A stretch of DNA of 64,000 nucleotides from Candidatus Latescibacterota bacterium. GTDB lineage: Bacteria; Latescibacterota; UBA2968. This document shows positions 29,360 to 37,400 of the stretch, piece after piece; positions within the stretch are counted from its first letter, which is position 1; the number at the start of each line of letters is the position of its first letter. The notes below the pieces were generated by a model. It was not told where the DNA came from. It was given only the letters and a program-made list of their open reading frames with translations, and did not search any database. A program made the position numbers and the translations under genes. The DNA lies in contig JBLHJX010000004.1 in the NCBI GenBank assembly GCA_047619225.1, forward strand, positions 1,050 to 65,049, given 5' to 3'.

Positions 29360-29471
29360 GTGCAGGAAGAAGAAATGTGAAAGATGAAAGATGAAAGGAT
29401 GAGAAGGCCACTTGTTGAACCGGTTATTTGGGTTCTTGGATAGGTGGTAGGGTAAAATTTCTTTGGTTGAT

Positions 29472-29507
29472 GAGGGGCGTGCTCGTGAGGGTGCGCCCCT
29501 CTTTTTT
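29472..29507 (+). terminator. Intrinsic terminator
   Basis: GAGGGGCGTGC / GTGCGCCCCTC followed by a T run. Confidence 0.7.
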
Positions 29508-29597
29508 GTAATAGAAAAAAAGTTTGAAACTTGCTTGGTACATTGATGGACGAATAAGAGCGCACTTTGGATAAATGCGCTCTTTTTATTTTTTATG

Positions 29598-29625
29598 TGA
29601 ACCGAGAGAATAGGTGTGGTGTCAT
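29598..29625 (+). promoter_or_regulatory. Putative ECF-type autoregulatory promoter
   Basis: TGAACC-N17-GTCAT ending 17 nt before the sigma ATG. Confidence 0.45.
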
Positions 29626-29642
29626 TGTAGCAGGGGATATCT

Positions 29643-30230
29643 ATGAATCTGTCGGATGCCGAGTTGATACAACGTATTATGAAGCGCGATTCTGAAGCAT
29701 TTGCGGTGTTATTTGATCGGTATATTGGCCAGGTTACCGATCATTTGACGCGGATGCTTCGGGATGCTGGGGCTGCCGATGATGTCGCGCAGGAAGTGTT
29801 TTTGCGTGTGTGGAATCGGGCAGACCAGTGGTCTGGTGCAGGTGCGTTTCAGGGATGGTTGTTTCGGATCGCGACGAATTTGGCGTTGAATCACTTGCGA
29901 GGAAAAAAGCGCAGGCGTGAACAGCCACTGGAAATGCCATCGATGTATGATGAAGATGAGGATGAAAACTTGGTTCCGGGTTGGATGATCGATCATGTGT
30001 CTTTGGGGCCCGATGCACACGTAGAGCAGTCTGAGCAACGGCAAATGTTGGGGCGGATGATTGCAGATTTGCCAGAGGAAAAACGGGAAGTGTTTGAGAT
30101 GGTTCACGATGAGGAATTGGGGCTTGGGGAAGTGGCCAAGCGCTTGGGCATTCCTGAAGGCACGGTGAAGTCGCGGTTGTTTCATGCACGGAAGAAGTTG
30201 GCAGATGAATGGAAACGGGTAGATAAGTAA
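29643..30230 (+). CDS. ECF RNA polymerase sigma factor
   Basis: Region 2 ADDVAQEVFLRVW...WLFRIATN; region 4 EVAKRLGIPEGTVKSRLFHARKKL. Confidence 0.92.
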   Translation: MNLSDAELIQRIMKRDSEAFAVLFDRYIGQVTDHLTRMLRDAGAADDVAQEVFLRVWNRADQWSGAGAFQGWLFRIATNLALNHLRGKKRRREQPLEMPSMYDEDEDENLVPGWMIDHVSLGPDAHVEQSEQRQMLGRMIADLPEEKREVFEMVHDEELGLGEVAKRLGIPEGTVKSRLFHARKKLADEWKRVDK

Positions 30231-30307
30231 AAAGTAAAAAGTGAAAGGCACCTACACTCGGCCTTTTCCGGTAAGGATTAGGTTTTATCACAACTTTTGA
30301 GATTGTT

Positions 30308-30490
30308 TGCCTTCGGCACGACTTACTTTTGTTCAACAGCAAACAAAAGTAAGCAAAAAATGCCGTCCCTCAGGTGCCGGGAAGACTGATTTTCCGCAAA
30401 TATCCTCAGTGAATGCACTGGATTATATAGCCTACGAACGCCTAGGTTTTTATGAATTGTGTTGCACCACGGAATCTGCGCGGAAAATCG
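30308..30490 (+). repeat. REP/REPIN-like structured intergenic element
   Basis: TGCCTTCGGC...CTTACTTTTGTT / AACAAAAGTAAG hairpin related to 36238-36288; GATTTTCCGC / GCGGAAAATC inverted repeat. Confidence 0.55.
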
Positions 30491-30583
30491 GTGATTGCTT
30501 AAGCTGATGGGTTTGATGTTATCGGATGAAGCTATTTTGTTTAGATAAGTTTAAGTGGGAAGACTTTTATAGGAGGTTATTTC

Positions 30584-33500
30584 ATGGCGATTGATGCGCG
30601 GGCACCTTGGCATAAGATTTCTTGGGATGGGTTTTTGCGGGAAGGGTTACCAAATTTGTTGGCAGATGCTGTGTCTTTGGAGGGGTATCGTGTTGAGGCG
30701 GTTGATACCTATCGTTGTCGGTTGTATTTATCTGTTAAGGGAAGTCTGGGCGTGATTGATGTGGTTTATGATGATATACCACAATGTGATGCATTGGGTC
30801 GGTTTCGTATTGATGGGCATACGCGGGTTGTTGTGGCAAGACCCACAGAGGTGGATTTGGAGAAGGCCGATATTTTGTGTGTGGGAGAACAAATATTGGC
30901 AGTTTTGGCTTCGCAGATTGGAGATGTGCCCGAAGGTTTGGATGGTGTGGATGCTGTTTTGGCGTGTTTACCCGTGTCTGAGTGGATACATGACTTTTTT
31001 CTGACGGAGCCCACGTCTCAATATTTACAGATGACAAATGCTGTGGATATGCATACCCATTTGCGACGCATTACGCTTTTCATGCTCTTGGGGGAAGCCG
31101 TTGATGACAGATATGTGGTGCACCCTTCGCAAGAAGGGCGTGTGGATTTGTTTTCGACACCTGAAGGGCCAAATATTGCGCGCATTTTTGAAGTGGCATT
31201 GGGCGCGACTATTCGGGGTGGTAAGTTGATTATTGTGGACAATTCGCCTGCGATGCGGTTGGGGTCAAATGCGTCTACGGTTCCATTTTTGGAACACAAC
31301 GATACCAATCGGTCGCTTATGGGGATGAACATGGTACGGCAATGGGTAGGTGTGCCGAACCCTGAGTGGCCACGTGATGAAGCGGGTGCTTGGCGCGATT
31401 ATTTTTCGCGATATGATGGGATGGAACCTGAGACGGAACCTGCATTGGTACAAACGGGTTGCGAAGAGGACAATCCTTATTTTTGGAAAGGGTATAACCT
31501 GCTGACGGCATTTATGGCGTGGGATGGCGATACGTATGAAGATGGGATTGTGATTGGTGAATCGGCGTCGAAGAAAATGATGCAGCCGCAACAGGTGGCT
31601 GTGGGTGATAAAGTGAGCAATCGGCACGGTAATAAAGGTGTGGTCACCCGTATTTTACCCGATGATGCAATGCCACAGCTGCCTGACGGTACCTCTGTGG
31701 AATTGATTGTGAGTGTGTGCGCTTTGCCTTCTCGTTTGAACATCGGACAATTGAGAGAAGCTGTGTTGGGGCGTGTGGCTAAGACGGAGGGCAAACCTGT
31801 GATTGTGCCGCCTTTGGGAGCGCCATCAATTGATGAGATACAAACGCGTTTAAAGGCCAATGGTTTGCCCGAAGATGGGATGGAACAGCTTACCTTAAAA
31901 GGGAAAGCTTTACCCCGACGGACAACTGTGGGGTGGGTTTATTGGGGTCGTTTGAGCCATAGGGTGTGTGATAAGATTCACTTTGGTGTGCGCCCAGACG
32001 AGCGACCACAACGATTGGGTGAGATGGAGTTTCTAGCTTTGCAAGAATCAGGCGCTGTGGCATTGATCAATGAATTTTTCAATACGTGTTCTACGATACA
32101 TCCAGACGCGGACTCATTGGCCGACCGTGTGGCAAAGGGACCGGTATCACCTGCAGGTGCACCTTCTGCGGGTTATCTTGCATTGGTCAATCGATTGGGA
32201 CATGATGGGGTTGTTGCTTCGCTTGGGGATGAGGGTGTGGCTTTTAAGGCAAAACGATCTGGTGATCTCAAGTTGGCACGTGCGGTAGCTCACCCCTGGT
32301 TGTCCTCGGGGATGTTGTCACATGTTGGGGTGGCGGACTCGGCTGAAGGAGAGGCTGTGCAAGAAGCCAATGTCCGATTGGAGCAGATGATTGCAAATGG
32401 TGCGCCCCAAGTGTTGGTTGAACGGGCAACAGATACGTTGTCTGAGCGGGTGCAGGAATTTTACGCCGCATTGATTACACGGGAACATCTGCGGTTTGAG
32501 TCTCGTGTGTTGTTCAGTGGTCGCTCGGTTATGACGCCGAATAAGCATTTTAAACATGATCAGATTGGTGTACCTGAAGAAATGGCTTGGGCGTTGTTTG
32601 GGCCGTTTGCCGCTCGGGAATTGGGCAGCGACATTGAAGTTAAAAAACGGTCAAAAAAAGCAGCACAAGTTTTGGATGGGTTGATGGCCAGAATGTGGGT
32701 TGTTGGGACGCGTGCACCGGCCCTGTCTCCTACTTCTCTTATGGCATTCCACCCCGTGCGTGTCGCTGGTGATGCGATTCAAGTTCCTATCTTGTGCTCC
32801 AAGTTAATGGATGGTGACTTTGATGGGGATCAATTGGCCTTGATTCTGCCTGTGACAGAAGAAGGTCAAAAATCTGCGCAAGATCATTTGTCTATTGTTG
32901 CACATTTGACACGTGACCCCAGTTTGATCGGGCGAGAAAAAGTGCATCCGATGCACGACGCGATGTTTGGGTTGGCGCATTTGAGTATGACGGACGCGGG
33001 GCTAAAAGAGTTGGAGAAAGTTGCGGGAGAATCCCTCACACGCAGGGGCAAGTTCTTGGATAAAAAGCATTTTATTGCCTTTCTGGAACGGGTGCGGGCA
33101 AATCATGGTGCCGAAGCGGCACTGGACCTTTCTGAACGTTTGCAAAGGAAAGGGTTTGAGGCGGCGCAACAAACGGGTGCTTCGATGGGGGCGTTTTTGG
33201 GCGGAAGCCTGGATCTGCCAGAACCACCTGAGGGAGACGGGGTTGATGAATGGCGGTCTTACGTGGATGAAATGGCCGCGGAAGTGAGCCAGTTTAATCA
33301 CTTTGAAGATGATGAATTTGGGGTGATTGCGATGTTGGCCGAATGTGGTGCGCGTGGGAATTGGGAACAGTTGCGGCAGTATGTGGCACCCCATGGGTTG
33401 GTATACAATGCTGCACGAGAGCTGACGCCTATTCGTCATGGATGGCGAGACGGATTGCCAGTCGATGAACTTTTGACCCGAACCGTTGGCGCGCGCATGG

Positions 33501-33700
33501 GCTTGGCCAGTGCTTTGGCAGAAATGATTGAAGTGAGTCGTGATGTGGCAAAACAAAGTGCTCCGAGCGGGTATGGCGTTTTGTCACGGGCGCGGCGTTC
33601 GGATAACCCGGGTGTTGTGTTTGCACGTGCGGCCATGAAAGGGGAAGTTGATTTGTTGGCCGATGCATACAGTCGGTTGTTTGTGGGGATTGTGGATTAG
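30584..33700 (+). CDS. Miniaturised single-chain RNA polymerase beta / beta-prime fusion protein
   Basis: Beta motifs in order (TPEGPNI, PFLEHNDTNRSLMG, YED, GDKVSNRHGNKG, PSRLNIGQ, QRLGEME), then beta-prime motifs in order (SGRSV, RAPAL, DGDFDGDQ, GARG, GARMGLA); AGGAGG RBS. Confidence 0.9.
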   Translation: MAIDARAPWHKISWDGFLREGLPNLLADAVSLEGYRVEAVDTYRCRLYLSVKGSLGVIDVVYDDIPQCDALGRFRIDGHTRVVVARPTEVDLEKADILCVGEQILAVLASQIGDVPEGLDGVDAVLACLPVSEWIHDFFLTEPTSQYLQMTNAVDMHTHLRRITLFMLLGEAVDDRYVVHPSQEGRVDLFSTPEGPNIARIFEVALGATIRGGKLIIVDNSPAMRLGSNASTVPFLEHNDTNRSLMGMNMVRQWVGVPNPEWPRDEAGAWRDYFSRYDGMEPETEPALVQTGCEEDNPYFWKGYNLLTAFMAWDGDTYEDGIVIGESASKKMMQPQQVAVGDKVSNRHGNKGVVTRILPDDAMPQLPDGTSVELIVSVCALPSRLNIGQLREAVLGRVAKTEGKPVIVPPLGAPSIDEIQTRLKANGLPEDGMEQLTLKGKALPRRTTVGWVYWGRLSHRVCDKIHFGVRPDERPQRLGEMEFLALQESGAVALINEFFNTCSTIHPDADSLADRVAKGPVSPAGAPSAGYLALVNRLGHDGVVASLGDEGVAFKAKRSGDLKLARAVAHPWLSSGMLSHVGVADSAEGEAVQEANVRLEQMIANGAPQVLVERATDTLSERVQEFYAALITREHLRFESRVLFSGRSVMTPNKHFKHDQIGVPEEMAWALFGPFAARELGSDIEVKKRSKKAAQVLDGLMARMWVVGTRAPALSPTSLMAFHPVRVAGDAIQVPILCSKLMDGDFDGDQLALILPVTEEGQKSAQDHLSIVAHLTRDPSLIGREKVHPMHDAMFGLAHLSMTDAGLKELEKVAGESLTRRGKFLDKKHFIAFLERVRANHGAEAALDLSERLQRKGFEAAQQTGASMGAFLGGSLDLPEPPEGDGVDEWRSYVDEMAAEVSQFNHFEDDEFGVIAMLAECGARGNWEQLRQYVAPHGLVYNAARELTPIRHGWRDGLPVDELLTRTVGARMGLASALAEMIEVSRDVAKQSAPSGYGVLSRARRSDNPGVVFARAAMKGEVDLLADAYSRLFVGIVD

Positions 33701-33706
33701 AGGCAA

Positions 33707-33747
33707 TCCCCTGTGGTCCCCTTTAAAAAGGGGACGGTTTATGGGGT
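33707..33747. repeat. REP-like hairpin / terminator after the RNAP-like gene
   Basis: GTCCCCTTT / AAAGGGGAC core with flanking CCCC / GGGG. Confidence 0.5.
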
Positions 33748-33879
33748 GACTGAGGGGCAATTGAGTGGTTGTTTGACGGGTTACTGGATTGTTCTGTCCG
33801 AGGGAAGAATTGCGGGGAATTAGTGTGTTATAGGAAGTGCCACTTAGGATTTGTTATGGTGGGCATTTCTTATGATATG

Positions 33880-34005
33880 GGGTTTGCCATTTATTTGCTT
33901 GTGTTGGACGGTGTGTTGATTCTGGTAATTGCGTTGGAAACTGTGAGTTATCAAGCGATTACGGCTGCTACTGCACATCCGGTAGATGCGCTTAGAAGTG
34001 AGTGA
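33880..34005 (+). pseudogene. MacB/FtsX-type ABC permease C-terminal remnant
   Basis: LILVIALETVSYQAITAATAHPVDALRSE resembles the typical TVSYQAIKAAxANPVxALRxE terminus; 5-prime boundary approximate. Confidence 0.6.
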
Positions 34006-34121
34006 GTGTTCAAATTGGAATTCGAAACGAAGGAAAAATACCGTACGAATGAAACAATTCTGTGCGTGTGTCGAACCAATCAGTGTTTGTTTCTCAATCA
34101 GAATTTTTATAGGAGGATCAA

Positions 34122-34967
34122 GTGGGCAAAGATGATTTGGGTTCGGTATTTTGTTGTCCAGTGTCTAAGGGCACGCTTGTATTGGAAGATGGCACACTCT
34201 GTTGTAAGACCTCGGAGCGACGTTATGCAATTCATGAAGGCATTCCCGATTTTTTTATTGAGGAGGACGAGGCGCATAGTATTTTTCCAGAAGATCTGAA
34301 TCGAAAGTGGTTGCTTGAGGATGTTGCTGTTGGACGGGACATTGTTTATGGTGAGTATACGCGTCGGTTGAAGGGGATGCAGTTTGTGATGGATATGTTG
34401 GGGAAGTGGTCTCATCCAGGCTTTCGGATTTTAGAAGTGGGGTGTGGGACAGGGCACTTTACCAAGTGGATGACCGAGGTGTGTGATTCGGATTCAGAGA
34501 TTTTTGCGTTTGATTTTTCGCAATATATGTTGGCATCTACTCAGTTAAAAATTGGGCAACCTTCTAATGTGAAATTGTTTAAGGCAAATGCGCGTGGGCC
34601 GATGCCGTTTCCCGAAGGGCATTTTGATTTCATTCTTCAGCGTTTGGCACCTTTTGGACCGCGTGCGTTTGGGTCTGAGAATTGGGCGATGAAATATCTC
34701 AAGCCGGGTGGGCATTACATCTTTGCGGGATGGGATCATGAATTTATCGATTTTGAGCGATTGGCTACTGCCGGATATGTGGATACGGAATTGCACCGAT
34801 GGAAATATAAAGATGTGCAATCGATAGAAGAATACATTGGCGGGTTGATGGAGGGTGGTGGGCATACTCGGGAAGAAGCTGAGAAAAAGGCGAAGTCGGT
34901 TTATTCTCAACCGGATGAGGTGCGGGTTCGGAAGGAGCACGTGATCGTGGGTAAAAAAGAGGGTTGA
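34122..34967 (+). CDS. Class I SAM methyltransferase with Trm112-like N-terminus
   Basis: CCPVSKGTL...YAIHEGIPDF; LEVGCGTG; AGGAGG RBS. Confidence 0.8.
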   Translation: MGKDDLGSVFCCPVSKGTLVLEDGTLCCKTSERRYAIHEGIPDFFIEEDEAHSIFPEDLNRKWLLEDVAVGRDIVYGEYTRRLKGMQFVMDMLGKWSHPGFRILEVGCGTGHFTKWMTEVCDSDSEIFAFDFSQYMLASTQLKIGQPSNVKLFKANARGPMPFPEGHFDFILQRLAPFGPRAFGSENWAMKYLKPGGHYIFAGWDHEFIDFERLATAGYVDTELHRWKYKDVQSIEEYIGGLMEGGGHTREEAEKKAKSVYSQPDEVRVRKEHVIVGKKEG

Positions 34968-35244
34968 AAGGAACGCTGATTTCTGGTTTTGAAGATGAAT
35001 TGGACGAATCTTGTTCGCAACGCAATGATGAGTGACTTTGGGACTTTGGGATTGATATATTCGAATTTGTTTGACGAGATATCGGTTTCGTAACCGTGGA
35101 GAAATTTGGTAGATTTAAAGGCGTGTCTGTGCATTTTGCGGGCAGGTCTTTTCTGTAAAACAAAAAAAGAGAAATACCTTACAAACAGTACAGAGACTCT
35201 CAATGGCGCGAAATGTAAGGTTGGGCTTTCACGAAAGGGTAGAA

Positions 35245-35768
35245 ATGGAGCGGTTGTTTCATGTGAGCGATCAGGCTGAGATCAAGCGGTTTGAACCCAG
35301 GGTGTCACCTTCGGAGAATCCTTTTGCGGGAGATGACAAAGTGGTTTGGGCGATTGGAGAGCGTTTGTTGCACAACTATTTGTTTCCGCGTGATTGTCCA
35401 CGGGTGACCTTTTACGCGGGGCACAGACTACAGAATCCGACGTCGCGCGTTTTTGGCAGGTAAGCACGGCAAAATATATCGTGGCAATTGAGTCGTCTTG
35501 GGTACCTCAAATGTTGGCTGAGAGGTTGTACTGTTACGAGTTTGCAAGTGAGACATTTGAGAAGGCTGGGGAGGTCGCACGGTATTACCTTTCTCGTGAA
35601 GCTGTCGAGCCAATTGCGGTAACTGTTTACAGTGATTTGTTCTTGGAATTGGCTCGGCGAGGCGTTGAAGTTCGTATTCTTCCGTCTCTTTGGCCACTGC
35701 GAGATGCCGTGGTAGATTCAAGCGTGCATTTTTCCATTATTCGAATGCGAAACGCACAGCCGAGATAG
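35245..35768 (+). pseudogene. Frameshifted conserved hypothetical gene (DUF6886-like)
   Basis: LFHVSD...FEPR...VWAI...NYLFPRDCPRVTFYAG continues in the -1 frame as AQTTESD...FSIIRMRNA; shift at G4 run 35418-35421. Confidence 0.65.
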
Positions 35769-35956
35769 ATTTTGGGAGTCTACAGGGTTTGGTTTTCTGC
35801 GGATTACTTCAATATTTTCGGTGTGATCCCATTCGCTATTTAGGTTCTAAGTGAATTTTTTTCAATATATGTTCTCAGGAAACATTTTTAATAAAATTAT
35901 TAAATATATTAAAAAAAGATACTTATATAATAATATTATTATATGAACCTGTGTTT

Positions 35957-36288
35957 ACACTTTCTTTAAAAGTGTGCTGTCTCGCCAAAAGATCGGGTCC
36001 GTGAATGTGCAGGATCACGAAGGGCCCGAAAATACCGCGAAAAACACGAAGCCCTTCCCCAAAACCCAACTTCGCCCACCGGTGGCAGGGGCCGTTGTGC
36101 AGTTGGTGGTGTGTGAGGTGTGGGTGAGGGGCGTGTGGAACACGAGGTGGTGTGTGGGAACTGCGCGGGCTGGTGAGGGTGGTTTGCGCTCGTAAAAACA
36201 CCAAAGCCCATAAAAGCCCTGCGGCATTTGAGCAGAGACTTTTTTGCCTACTTTTTGTGTCTCTTAAAAAGTAGGTCGCCGAAGGCAT
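35957..36288. repeat. Non-coding structured element with a REP-like end
   Basis: Terminal CCTACTTTTT / AAAAAGTAGG...GCCGAAGGCA related to 30308; internal direct repeats AAAAACACGAAGCCC and AAAAACACCAAAGCCC. Confidence 0.45.
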
Positions 36289-36373
36289 GATTGTTTACTT
36301 GACAACTACCCCGTTGACGTTCATACATGCGTATGAACGTTTTTTTGTCCAAACAATTCACCAAGGGAGCAAC

Positions 36374-37384
36374 ATGGCCAAAAGGATATCAAAGAAACCA
36401 GCAAAGAAGTCACCCAGCCGCAAAACGGTAAAGGTTGCCATCATTGGAGCGGGTGGTCGCGCGCTGAGTGCACACTACCCCTCCTTGCACGATATGAAAG
36501 ATGTAAAGATTGTGGGCGTGTCTGAATTGAATGAAGCCCGTTTGCAATCGGTGGGCGAAAAATTTGGGGTGAAGGGGTTGTATACCAATTATGTCCAGAT
36601 GATTGAAAAAGAAAAACCCGACGTCGTTTACGCCATCATGCCGCCCCATCATATGTATGATGTGTGTGCCAATGTAATCCAAATGGGTTGCCATTTGATG
36701 ATCGAGAAGCCACCCTTTGTAACCACCGAACAAACCCGCCAAATGGCCATCTTAGCCCGCAACAACAAGGTGTTAACTGGCGTGACCTTCCAGCGCCGTT
36801 TTGCTCCAGTGATTCGTACGGGCAAAGAAATCTGCGAAAAGAGAGGCCCTGTTCACAGCGCAGTGGCCACATTTTACAAATGCGCGGTCGGTGGTGCGCC
36901 TTATTATAATGGGGCGATAGATATTTTGGCGTGTGATGCGATTCATGCCGTGGATACCTTGCGGTATCTGTGTGGTGGAGATGTCGTTAGTGTGGCAAGT
37001 GATGTAAGGCGATTGGATTCTGGCCATTGCAACATCCATCAAGCCTTAATCACTTTCTCATCCGGTGCAACGGGTGTGTTGTTGACCAACTGGATGACGG
37101 GGCGACGGTTGTTTTCAGTTGAGATTCACAGCCCAGGCATTTCTATGTTCGGCGATCCAGAAGAAGGGGGTAAAGTATTTGCCGATGGCAAAGTGGATCC
37201 CGTGCAAGAACTCGACCCATTTGCCATGACAAAAAGCAAAGCCGAACATGTTGCCTATGGTCCTTTTGCCGTAAACCGGCATTTGATCGACTGCGTGAAA
37301 CAAGGCAAACAACCCGAGACAAATTTTGACGATGCCGTTAAATCAATGGAACTGGTCGACGCCATTTATCAATCTCAAATTTGA
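36374..37384 (+). CDS. Gfo/Idh/MocA-family oxidoreductase
   Basis: IIGAGG, IEKP, FQRRF, DAIHAVD. Confidence 0.85.
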   Translation: MAKRISKKPAKKSPSRKTVKVAIIGAGGRALSAHYPSLHDMKDVKIVGVSELNEARLQSVGEKFGVKGLYTNYVQMIEKEKPDVVYAIMPPHHMYDVCANVIQMGCHLMIEKPPFVTTEQTRQMAILARNNKVLTGVTFQRRFAPVIRTGKEICEKRGPVHSAVATFYKCAVGGAPYYNGAIDILACDAIHAVDTLRYLCGGDVVSVASDVRRLDSGHCNIHQALITFSSGATGVLLTNWMTGRRLFSVEIHSPGISMFGDPEEGGKVFADGKVDPVQELDPFAMTKSKAEHVAYGPFAVNRHLIDCVKQGKQPETNFDDAVKSMELVDAIYQSQI

Positions 37385-37400
37385 CATGTGAGGAAATATC

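Noticed and set aside
30584-33700. Housekeeping rpoB/rpoC or a decayed pseudogene of them
   Set aside because: Far too short, no rplL/rpsL context, no stops or frameshifts; deletions follow domain boundaries while catalytic residues are kept.
33769-34299. 78-aa and 97-aa ORFs as intact genes
   Set aside because: Only the last 30-40 codons of the first resemble a permease end; the second overlaps the methyltransferase out of frame.
27414-36288. Prophage or integrative element carrying the polymerase
   Set aside because: No integrase, terminase, capsid, replication gene, tRNA or att-like repeat was recognised, and composition looks like the flanks by eye.
35923-36288. Short ORFs on both strands
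   Set aside because: Low-complexity translations of a GT-rich structured non-coding element; no RBS or recognisable motifs.
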